DNA from: Lama guanicoe
Taxonomy: Eukaryota
Reading direction: 5' to 3'
Length of the DNA stretch: 64,000 bases
NCBI GenBank assembly: GCA_013239625.1
Contig: MU053472.1
Location: forward strand, 2,391,822-2,455,821
Position numbers and translations under genes: made by a program. A model generated the notes under the pieces. That model had not been told where the DNA came from. It worked only from the letters and a program-made list of their open reading frames with translations, and did not search any database. This document shows positions 51,752 through 64,000 of the stretch, piece by piece (position 1 is the stretch's first letter; each line of letters begins with the position of its first letter).

Positions 51752-52865
51752 CACACTTTGTGCATCAGTAACGTGCTACTGAAATCAAGAGGTCAAGATA
51801 GTTTGCAGGTACAATATATGCCTTGTAGAACATTTCAAAATGTTCACCATATTCCAGTTTTCTCTCTTTATCTGTAGTTCCTAATTCATATGAAGAACTT
51901 GGCAAGAAATTTTCCAAGAAAAGACTCTCAGGGAAGGAATTCACTAGCACGTTGAGCTTTCAAGTCTTGGATTTTGCCGTGTAGCACAGTGGGTCATGAT
52001 GTAAAACCTGTTATTTCCTTAAATATGTCTATCTCTAACTAAGCAGCTTGAATTCTTAATGAATATTGAAGAAAAAAATCATTTCCTTCAGTAAGCCAGT
52101 CAACAGAATTTTTCAGAGATTGTTTTTTAATACCAAAAACACAAAAAGTAAACATAGGTTGTATGTAGTTGTGCAACAATACTGTTCCCTCCCAAAAAAA
52201 GCTTGATTTGCATAGTTATTTTTAGTCTAAGACTATAAATTTTTTAAAGGGTAGAAAAAAAAATCAGGGGTAATATAAACCATGAGACAGAAAATAATTT
52301 AAGGTAGAAGTTCCAGCAACATACATGTCCCTTAAAAGGAATTTTTTTTTTCATTTCTGCTGAAGGTATTTTAAAATGACCACAACAGTTTTTGGGTTTG
52401 CCCTTACACAGTCTATAAGTTTGGACACAAATATTCTAAATGGCTGCTTACCCAAAATGGGCAGAGCTATTTTCGATGAATTGTTCATATCTGAACAAAC
52501 AACACTGTTCTTATGTTTCAGAAATATTTATGTAATTTAAAAAAATAGGATAGAGTTCAGCTTTAAATATTTGAAGGTAGCTTGTTTAGACTGGAAAACT
52601 GATAAACTACCAGCCTAAAAGGAATTAGTATGTATGTATATACATATATATATAATTTTCCTATATATTGTACACTGATATATGATTGGAATCTTTAAAA
52701 AAATAAAATATATCAAAGAAGTTAGAAGTTTGTCAGTCAGTTTTTAGGCTGTCTTTTTTCATTTATAAATGACACAAAAATAATACTGCTACTACTCTTT
52801 ACACAAATTTAAGATGGAAATATTTTCAACAGAATAAGACACCACAATGAAGGCTTCATGAATAA

Positions 52866-52871
52866 TTTATT
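52866..52871 (-). terminator. MED13 distal polyadenylation signal AATAAA
   Basis: Plus-strand TTTATT at the end of the repeat-free UTR block; U/GU-rich sequence follows on the minus strand. Confidence 0.65.
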
Positions 52872-55800
52872 CCATTTGAAGTTTTGTTTTTTTGTTTTTG
52901 TTTTTTTTAAAAAGTATAAACCTTTTCATTTCCTCAATCACAATTTGTACAACTCAGTGTTATGGCATTCGGCAGCAATAGTGTTTGTTCCTTATTCTTT
53001 TTTCTGTCATGTTAAAAAAAAAAAAACAATTGGACCATATTAAATGTCACTGTTAAACAACAACTTTAAAACGCCCCTTCATAAAGTGACCAAGCTATTT
53101 TGAGATAGTTGATGCTGACATGTCCAGTAATGACATTACAATTTGTAGTTCAAACTCAGTAACTTTAAGGTCCACAGATCCAGTTGACTCTGAAAACTAA
53201 AGCTATTTTAAAACTTCATGAACACAACAACCTGAGGAGTATTTTAGGTCCCAAATCCAGTTTTTAAATTAATACTCAAAAAAAAAAAAAAGAAAAAGAA
53301 AAAGAAAAAAACACATATATAAAAATTTAAACCACAGTTCTGGGCCCATTTAATACACCAAGGAAAACTGAAAGGTTAGGATTTCTAGCTGATTTTTTTG
53401 AGGGGTGGGAGAGACAAAAAAAAAAAGTTATGTCAAAAACATTTTTACTTAATTTAGACAAACTAAAATCTTAAGAGGAAACCCAGACCAAAACATCATT
53501 CATGCAACATTAAATGTATTAATAGATTGATATGCGATGCCATAGTGGATGAGTAGCAAATTATATGATGCAACAGCATTTAAAAACTTCCTTTTAATGT
53601 ATTCAATTTGAACATTTTAAATAATGCAACATAGTATTTTGATATTACAGTATTAACATAGTGCTTGATTAAAGATCTGCAAATCTTTGTAGTAACACAT
53701 TAAGTTAAAAAATTACCTCAGAAGGTAAATATGAAGACGAAAGGAGAGTATTTTAATACAGTAATCTGTGCCATACTGACAATTGAGTACGAATACAGCT
53801 GAGGATAGTTGACTAAGTAGTAAGAGCTTAATTTTAGTGGTTTAAGAAAAGTTTAGAAAGATTTAAAAATTACAGCTACTTTAAAATTTAAGGATTACAT
53901 ATAAGTACACTTGGTGGCCTTCTGGCCAAACAATAAGGTGTACAGAAATTTATTCATACAGTGTTAATTCACAGTCCTGATAACTGAATGGCTTGCATAA
54001 GAAAGGTATGGCTAGATGTTTCTCACTGGCTGGAAGCAGACATTATATAACTAATTTTAAAATGCCAAAATACTGAACTTCCACCCTGCTTTGTAATGGA
54101 TAACTGCACAAAAAACAGACATTAGCACTGTAACAAAGAAGTCAAAGTGTTGGTGATCAACTGGTATAAAGTATATTATTTTGCTTACCTATTTAAACAA
54201 AACAAAACTACCCATACTTGTCTGTGACAGTACATTAGTAAGTCAGATCCATCATCCCGCATGAAAGGCTTAATTTTTTTTGTTTCTGAAATAAGTCTCC
54301 TGACCTTTTCTAATGGCTATTTAATAATTTTCTATTTGAGTGTGAATTTATATATGAAGGGAAGGAAAAAAATGTTATCAGTAAATCCTGTATATTTGGG
54401 AACTATTCCCTGATTCCCAGATTAAAAGGAATTGTATAGTGGGTTCCTTCCATATGGCTCCATATAAAAGAAACTGTCGGAATAATTTTTTAAAATTCTG
54501 TTTTCAAACTGAGGTTTAGTTGCTATAGGCTAGTGATTTTAAACAACTGAGAATATAGCTTTTATTTCTAAAAGTCACTATTGAGCTAAAGTATATAAAA
54601 AAGGATATTCTTTTTATAGAAATTCCAAATAAGCATCTTTCCCCTCAAATTTCAGACAAGTTTTTTTCTAAAATACAAAACAAAACATGCCAACATAATC
54701 TGTAGTGTGTTAGCATAACTTAAAAACAAATGCAGAGATGTGACCTTTAAATTTTAATTTCAAAACATTCTAACCACTGGGATTGCATTATAATTTTGAA
54801 GAAATGATTGAAAACCTTTGTCACTAATTGTGTTTTCTTTATAGGAAAAACAAGACTTACTAATGTTTTAATATACAATTTGAATAAGTTATATTGTTCT
54901 TAAGAAAGTGATATTTAAGCATATAGTATTTACAAAACAAGTTTCAGTAAAACAAAACAAAACATACCAAATTACAGTTTTGTAAATACAATCGATTTTG
55001 TCCTTGTAGAGAATTAGTGAACATACAAATTTGGAATTTTGCTAGACTGCTTCCAAGAAAGATAGGTAGACTTGGCGACTGTGAATTCAAGTCAGCAATA
55101 CAGGTAGAAGGCTAACTTGGACTCTCTTGTGAGCAGCACTGTAGAAAGGATTTTTTAAGGGGGTAAAGCCTGCGTAAAAGCAGTTATCTTGGCATGTGCA
55201 AACAAGAAGGGGGAAAGCTGTACTGAAGGAAGGGGTGAATTAAAGTCCCTAGAATTCAAGTCCCTTCTTTAGGGAGGTGAGAACCTCCTTGGCATATGCC
55301 CTGCCTTAATCTGAGCTGTGTTATAGAAAAGAACAGACTCTGGTGTTTGGGACTGCCATCTCCAAACCAAGAAAATTAAATAAATAAAAAAGGCAAAAGG
55401 TAACAGGTTAAGTTTAGAAAATGGTTCTTTAACTAGTGGAATAGTCTGAATACCAGAATTCACTGAGAAATCTATTTACACCACAGTTTGATTGCACACA
55501 CACACACCCATACATATGCATACTCTCACACACATTCCCAATCTTTAATTAAAAAAAAAAGTCAAACAATCAAGAGTGACTGCTTTTAAAAATAATTTGT
55601 AAAATGCCTAGAGCTGGGCTAAATTTCAACCTTATAGCAGATCCTGAAGATAATTTTCATAATTAATAATATTCCCATGCCTAGATGTGCCACTGTTAAA
55701 CAAACAAAAAAAATTTAAGCATGTAACATTAAACACCAAAATTAGTTTAAGCATTCAGTAGCAAATGTTTTTCTTGTAAAACTAAGTTTCTTTCACTGGA

Positions 55801-56175
55801 AATGGCCTGAAATATTAGTCATAGCCCTAAACCATAGTACAAAATATAACTGAAGAATTCTCATTTTATTCTAAGTTAAACCACCTAACAATATCACTTG
55901 TATATTGCCATCATGTAATCCTGTAAAGGTGTGATTGATATATAAAATGTTGTAAGACCCGGTACCTTTTCAATTTATAAACACAGTGAACTTCATTACT
56001 GTACATGTACTCTGCAACTACAGCTTAGCTGTAAATCCTCCACACACAATGGTATGGACATTATTCCCCCTCTATCCCCATTAAACTGTACATCAAGACA
56101 ATACAAATTTACTGTCCCACCCACCCCCTTACAAAAAAATAATACTCTAAAAGCAACCCTACTGCAACTTTTTAA

Positions 56176-56183
56176 TTAAGACG
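56176..56183 (-). promoter_or_regulatory. miR-208a/b 8mer target site (CGUCUUAA) in MED13/THRAP1 3'UTR
   Basis: mRNA context AAAAUAUAUGUAAUCGUCUUAA is complementary to the miR-208 seed UAAGACG. MED13 is an established miR-208a target. Confidence 0.85.
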
Positions 56184-56741
56184 ATTACATATATTTTAGA
56201 CCAATTGCTTTAAAGCAAGAAGGCAGTATAAACCTTCTAGGAAAATTTTTATAAAAGAGGTTAAGAAATATAAGACAATTTGTACATTTAAAAACTTACA
56301 ATAAATAAGAGATGCAGGCATTTTTGAATACTAGATACTATAATCCAATACAAGAACATCTTGATGTTCTGAAGCCATATGTTGAAATTCATTGTTCCTC
56401 ATGTTTCCTTCTCCATGCTTTTAATATTCATTTAACATGACTGGGTACTATGGCTCATTACTTTTCACAAATACTGTGACTGGGAAATAAAAGGTTAATT
56501 TTGCTACGAAAAAGTTATAATACGTTTTGTATGATCAGTCATCATCCTGAAGAGTTCAGTATAGTCAGTGAAAAAAACAGGGTTGTAGCCCCTCCCCTCA
56601 AGTCAAAACAATATTTGTTGAAGTAATAAGAATCAGACCCCATCACAAATGACTTTCACTGAGAAGATAATTGTAATGTAATCTTGCAGTGAAATGTCTT
56701 TTTTCCTTGTTCTTTTCTTGCACAGTTCCATCAAATGAAGA

Positions 56742-56942
<201 letters not shown>

Positions 56943-57171
56943 TTATGGTATCTAAGATTCAACGTCACTATAAAGGAAAAAAGATGGTAGAAGGTATGTA
57001 ACAGAGAGTCCTTGGGGAAATTAAAGAAAACTGTTTTCATAAAAATTGTTCCCAAAAGTAGATTACACATGTTTGAAAGAAAAACACCCATTCTGAACGA
57101 TATAATTCATCTAGAGATCCAAGGGTATACAACTGTCAACTATTGCCAAAAATGAGAAAAAATAAGGATCA

Positions 57172-57330
<159 letters not shown>

Positions 57331-58046
57331 CTAAAAAATAATAGGTAATCAGTCAACCAAATGGAAAAAAATCTGTTGGTTTCACCTTATTCTCCCAAGG
57401 TCTCTTCCTCGATGAAATACATTTTAGACCTATGTAATGAATGGGAGCCACTATAAACATGACTGTTCTTCTTGTTTAATTCATTACATAAGTAATTTTT
57501 AAGTGCATAACTTATATTGACTCTTACTTACTTTTGTTCAGCTTTATTGTTTTTGAGACCACGTAATAATCCTAAAAAAAGGATTTGTAGCTATTTTCTA
57601 AGTGCAGCCTGCCTAGATGTGTAAAGTAAATGCTTAAGAAAGCACTAAAAAGCCAGAGTACAGTGCCTAGGTTACACCGACGGAGACTGGGCAGATGCAC
57701 CCAGGTCTGGTGCTGAGGAAAGTATAACAGGAGTCAAGCATATGTAAATATCTTACTTAGAAAGCTACAAATCTTAAACAAAGCTACCTTTGGTGAAATT
57801 ATGAGCATGCTAAGTAATACAGTGCCTTCTTCTGCCCTCCCAATTTCATAATGAGAGCTTAGTAACAAGTGGCACACCCATTTAGATACGGCAGTGAAGA
57901 GTAACACAAAGGAGTGTGGTTCTCTTCTTCGTGTTTCAATTAAAGAAAGAGAATCATTTAGTTTTTAAGTCAATATATATATAAGTGTTAAAAAACCTAT
58001 GGCAAGATGGTGGTACTGACTGCAGAAACTCTTGTTAGATCTCATT

Positions 58047-58168
58047 TTTTTAATTTGGGGAAAGAGGTAATTAGCTTGATTTATTTTTAGAGGAGGTACT
58101 GGGGATTGAACCCAGGACCTCTTGCATGCTAAGCATGCACTCTACCACTTGAGCTGTACCTTCCCCCC
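58047..58168 (-). mobile_element. tRNA-Ala-derived SINE (Vic-1-like), in MED13 intron 28
   Basis: Reverse-complement copy of the same element; flanking ATCTCATT duplication at 58039 and 58171. Confidence 0.85.
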
Positions 58169-60070
58169 ACATCTCATTCTTTATAATGTAAAAGGTACTA
58201 TTTTATATTTAGGTGCTCTCTCCTCTGCAATTATAATATATGTATAAACTCTTGTGTTACATATTAAGAAATATAACCAAAAATATATGTTTCAACTGCC
58301 TACACACCCTTGAATTATGAGTTATAAGCCAAAGTCTCATATGGCAGATCACTACAAATTAAATGAATGTAATCAGTACCAGTGCTCTAATTTCAATGAT
58401 AGAAAGATTTTTTTAATCATCTAGGTAATAACATATTATTTTTCCAAGCAAAGAGAAACAAACCAGATGGTTTTATTGCCTATGGTATAGAAATAAAATG
58501 GGATGTATGAAAACAAAAGGTGAATAAAATTATGGTAAGTTATGCCTTACCTGGTAATTCAGACCAGAAGTCCTAATCTTGTTACACTGTATCTGAGGGT
58601 GAATGCCCACTTTACACTATCCTCTCTGCAAATAAATATTGAGTAGAAAAGAATCTGGATAGTCCCTCGGACTTTTTGTAAAGTGGTGTTTCTTTAAAAA
58701 ATGTTCTGTGAAACACTAAGGTCATGAACTATTAATAGGTGTTACACAATCCTTTTCTTGTGTATTAAAGTAAGTTTGGGAAATGGTACATAAACAATGT
58801 TATTTGCTGCTGTTTTTCAGATTTTTGAATGTGCACACATGTAACAACAAAATGGGGGCAGAAAGCACGTGAAGCTCTTCCCAAAGAACCCTCTTGTAGA
58901 AACTCCAAAGACTACTACTATTATGCAGAAACTCCTTTGGAAATATGTTCTTGTAATGAGATCTGTACAGACCATTGCACATATATTGGAAGGGGGTAAA
59001 AGTCATATGCTAAAGCTATTACCTTGGCTGACACTCTCTAAATATATTACCTCAGTAATAGTCAATTCAGATCAACAGCTCTTGTATTCTTCATGAATGT
59101 GCTACAGAAGTTCATTGCTTAATCTCAAATGTCACTGACTCAATGGTATGTGAGCCAAGGCAGTCAGGATAATGGCAGAGGCTTAAAAGATAGCAATAAG
59201 CTGCTGCTTCTAGCACCCACTAAAATGTAACCCTCAAATACTACATTATACCATCCAACTTTTATCCTTGAAATAAAAATCAGTTGGCAAGTTGTTAAGT
59301 TAGCATGATTTATAGCATAAATCAGTCAACTTCTGGTGGATCTGCATAAGAATAAGTGAAACTAGATCTGAACTTATTATTTTGAAATGGTAGTAGCAGC
59401 AGCAACAAATTCTAGATAGGGCTTTCACATCTCATTTTCCCTAAATTTTATGATTTATCTCAACCTTGTTATATCACTTGCTAATGATTCTGTTTTGATA
59501 AAGTCACTATGGGTCTGAGAATCTTATTACTTAAAAATCACTCAATAGCTTTAACACAACAATTTACACAAAGTTAGAAAGCTTTTTAAAGGAGGTAGTA
59601 AATGTATCTAAACATCAAGTACTCTTACAAAGAGTATGACTCCTCTAACTCCCAAAATGAGGGACCATAGGACTGCAGTATGATGTAATTCAAAGAATAA
59701 CATTACATAATCATTACCAGATATAAGTTTTAATCTTGAGTGTACTTCCAATTTATGACTTTCAACAAATGAATTTTTCTAAACTTCTAATATGCTCAGC
59801 TAGAAAATGAAAAAGTTGTATTAAAGGTAATACAAGGTTTCTCCCAGCTCTAAACTTCTATATGTGCAGCTGAAAATAAGAGCAAGAGTCCCAACAATTT
59901 GATTTAAAGTTAGTTAAAAGTTTAAACTTAATATGAATTTAAAAATTAAAGTTGTTTCATAATTAGATTATTCTCTTTGTGATCTTGTCTAGTGAGTTAT
60001 ATGTGGCAATGCATTTAAGACCTCAGTCAAAAGCTATAAGATTCTATATTTCTTATGACTTAAGCCATCA

Positions 60071-60352
<282 letters not shown>

Positions 60353-61460
60353 CTATAAATACAGAATGATTTATGGCAAACAGTCATTATCTTATGACTT
60401 CAATTTTTTAAAGTACTGAGGATATTGAAAAGAATCAATTGCTTTGTATCATAACCAATAATAGCATTAAGTCTTAAGAGTTGCATGAGGAAATAAATGA
60501 ATGTACCAACTATTTAACAAGTGTGTATTACTATGTCAAGCCCAAGTGCAGTGCGTGCATGTGTTAACCACTGTAGCTGACCAAAAAAACACAAAATGTT
60601 CAATGAAATCTGTAACTTATTTCCTAATACTCCCTCAACTAATTCCTGACTGTCACACTCCAATCCAAAAGGTGGATTAAATTTAGCTTTATTCATTTAG
60701 AGCAGCCTAAAAAATGCAGTTAATAGTGTTTTAGAAAGCATTATGGCATCATAAAAAGACAACTATTAAGTGATGCTCATTTCCTTCAGATTATTTATTA
60801 AAGTAGTAAGATTACTGGTGCTTTTCCTTATATGATTTTTCCCCTCAATAATCTCATTTCTTTCCAGTTTAAAAAAAAGAAGGAAAAGATGCAAGGTAAG
60901 GTTGGACAAAGATCCTTCTTTATTTTAAAAAGGCAGGTTCTAAACGTATATATAATAATCAAATAAACACTACATAAAATTTTATTCAAAAAATGTTATT
61001 CAAATGAAGCCCAATTAGTTTTGAGTTCAAATAGAAGGAACAAGACAGCCTGCTTCCGTAACTTCTGAAACTAAAGGGGGAGGGTGGGGGAAGAAAGGTG
61101 GTGGTGGCCTTATGAGAAAATTACTATTTCCTTTATGTTCCTTTTCACAGCCCTGATATGAATGGCAGCTCTTAGAGCAATATACTGATTCTCAGATAAT
61201 CTAATCCTGTACCTGAGTAGAGGGAATGGTGAAGAGGCAGGAAAACTACAAAAGAAGGACTAATGCCAGATAATTCAGAAAATACAAAGTCAGAGAAAGC
61301 AGAACCTAGAGACCTTCTTAATAATGTGCAATTCAAAATACTGATGTCTACTGTTGCTCTTTCCGATTTTCAAGGAAAAAGGTGTTCTATTTCATACATA
61401 AGTCCATTACTAAATTAACAAATGATATTTAGATAAACTAAACTTTTATAACAGGGTTAC

Positions 61461-61609
61461 CTTGCCAGCATCACCTCCATGGGGGTAATGAGATCCTGGA
61501 GAATGTACAGGAGACCCCGTTGGAGATGCAGGAAGAATATTAATGATATCAGGGTCAAGATCATCTCCTGTATCTAATAAATCAAAGAGACCTATTCCAT
61601 CTGCTCCAT
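61461..61609 (-). CDS. MED13: MED13 exon 27: (D)[11 protein letters not shown]...HGGDAGK
   Basis: tag acceptor, AAG|gtaacc donor. Confidence 0.95.
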
Positions 61610-61785
61610 CTATAGAGGAGGAAAAAAAATATTCCATTTTTCATATCTCATGGTCATTTACAGGAGACAGTTAAAACAATAAACTTTAACCCAAAATGAG
61701 TTAATTTAATCAACATCTACTGAGTGTATACCATGTGCCAAGTACTGTGCTAGGAGGCAAATAATCAATTATACATAAATAAACA

Positions 61786-62259
61786 TGCAGGAGCCTGAAT
61801 AATCCCTCCACCAAAAATGTCCACATCCTAATCCCAGGAACCTGTGAGTATGTTACCACAAAGAATTTTGCAGGTGTGATCAAGCCAAGGATCTTAAAAT
61901 AGGGGGGATTATTCAAGATTTTCCAGGTGGGTCCAGTGTAATCACAGAGGTCCTGATAAGACGGAGGGAGAACGGTTAGAGTCAGTGACGAGACATGAGT
62001 ACACGAAACTGCTGGCACTGGAGGTAGGAGAAGGGGCCATAGCAAGAGATGTATGTGGTCTCTAGAAGCTGGCAAAGGGAAGAAAATAGATTCTCCCTTA
62101 GAGTCTCTAGAAACAATAACCCTGCAGACACCTTGACTTTATAGTCCAGTAAGACTGATTTTGGATTTCTGAACTCCAGAACTGTTAAGATAATAAATGT
62201 GTGTTGTTTTAAGCCACTAAGCATGTAGTAATTTGTTACAGCAGCAACAGGAAACATAC
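61786..62259 (+). mobile_element. ERVL-MaLR solo LTR (MLT1D-like)
   Basis: ATGTCCACATCCTAATCCCAGGAACCTGTGAGTATGTTACC...AGCCACTAAG...TTTGTTACAGCAGCAACAGGAAAC. Confidence 0.8.
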
Positions 62260-62711
62260 AAATACTGCAAATGAAAATGCATTTAAAATGAGACTATTAG
62301 TGACTAATTTCCTAATTCTTTATTATTAAGTAAAATATTCAAGTTACTGTGTAACACACTAAAAGAGAATAATACCCGTACTTGTGACTTTATTAGAGAT
62401 GTGCCGTTTTCTACAATAACTCAGAGAAACAATAGGATATCACTTATTTTCTCTTCTAGTAAAATGCAATCTATAAATTCATCTAGAAAAGTTATGTCCC
62501 TCCTCTGGCAATTTGTAGATTACTGTATTATTTTGGCAAATCAAAATAGAAAGGAATATAAAATGATCTGCAAAGTTTAGGTACAAGTAACTCAACAGCA
62601 TATGCAGAAACCTGTACAAATATTTTATGATCAAAGTTGCCTTTTAAAATAAGTAAACACATAAAATAATTCATAGCACCAGCTCTGATATCAACAAAGT
62701 ATAAGAATGGT

Positions 62712-63255
62712 TGTACAGTTGCCACTGTAACAAATTACCACAAACTTGTTGATTTGAAATGACATACATTATCTTCTGACAGTTCTGGAGGCCAGAAGTC
62801 CCAAATCAGATTTATTGAGTTGAAAACAAAGAGCTAGTCATTAGGCCAAAAATCAAGGTACTGGCAAGGCTATGCTCTCTCTGGAGGCTCAAGGGGAAAT
62901 CTGTTTCCTTGTCTTTGCCAGCAGCTAGAACTGTAATCCTTGCCTCATGACCTCTTCTTCAAAGTCATCAGCATAGTCATTTCTCTCTGACTTTGCTTCC
63001 CTCTGTTTCCATCACATGGCCTTCTCCTCTTCTGTGTCTAATCCAACTTCCCTTTGTCTCCCTCTTATAAGGACACAGATGATAGCATAACCTGGCATAA
63101 CCCAGGATAATCACTCCATCTCAGGATCCTTAACTTCATCACAAATGCAAAGGTTTTTTTTGTTTTGCTTTTGCCATATAAGGCAACACTCACAGGTTTC
63201 AGAAATGTTCACAGGACATAGATGCTTTGGGAGTCGTTACTCAGCCTGTAATCAA
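62712..63255 (-). mobile_element. ERVL-MaLR solo LTR (MLT1E-like)
   Basis: CTGTAACAAATTACCACAAAC...CAGTTCTGGAGGCCAGAAGTCC, the reverse orientation of an MLT1 3' end. Confidence 0.75.
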
Positions 63256-63306
63256 CCACAATCATCAAGGTTTATTTTAAATTTGCAAACCTTTATGAAC
63301 AATTCA

Positions 63307-63528
<222 letters not shown>

Positions 63529-63613
63529 TTAATAAATGAGGAATCGATTTTACATAATACTTAGAAACTTAAATGCATAAAGAATTAAATCTGATATAAA
63601 CTAAAGATAGCTA

Positions 63614-63844
<231 letters not shown>

Positions 63845-64000
63845 TTAAAACAAAATCGTTTTAAAATTAATATAGTCCTCAAATAAGTAAAAAATCTCTT
63901 ATTGCTGATGTTACTCAAAATCCTTTATCCCCCTAACTTTAATGTATGTCAGTATCAATTAGTATCTGTTGAACAAAGAATGATTTGAATAATAAGCAGA

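Larger units (their letters stand above)
52850..56741 (-). other. MED13: MED13 3'UTR (~3.9 kb)
   Basis: Follows the TGA at 56742-56744. AU-rich, no recognisable transposon. AATAAA at 52866-52871 (minus strand). Confidence 0.8.

Noticed and set aside
59051..59266. Second possible cryptic exon in MED13 intron 28 (aag acceptor, GAG|gtaata donor)
   Set aside because: Weaker sites than the 58551-58625 candidate, and such pairs are frequent by chance

Overview
Mammalian genomic DNA, most likely camelid, judged from five tRNA-Ala-derived Vic-1-type SINEs. It carries the conserved minus-strand gene array BRIP1 - INTS2 - MED13. (1) Bases ~1-900 are the CpG-island promoter and non-coding first exon of BRIP1/FANCJ. 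(2) Bases ~1950-45860 hold the complete INTS2 gene: 24 coding exons traced with GT-AG boundaries join into an intact 3594-nt CDS (1197 aa + stop), plus a 5' exon and CpG-island promoter. (3) Bases ~52850-64000 hold the 3' end of MED13: six terminal coding exons and a ~3.9-kb 3'UTR with the known miR-208 site. Introns are filled with MIR, L2, old and young L1, hAT/Tigger DNA-transposon fossils and MaLR LTRs. I see no novel biological system. The most notable items are a corrupted MED13 exon-28 splice donor next to a 29-nt homopolymer (probably an assembly error), an overlapping-ATG/alternative-donor arrangement at the INTS2 5' end, a candidate MED13 poison exon and a candidate GC donor for BRIP1 exon 1. 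Gene identities, orthologue comparisons and repeat family names come from recalled sequences, not database searches.
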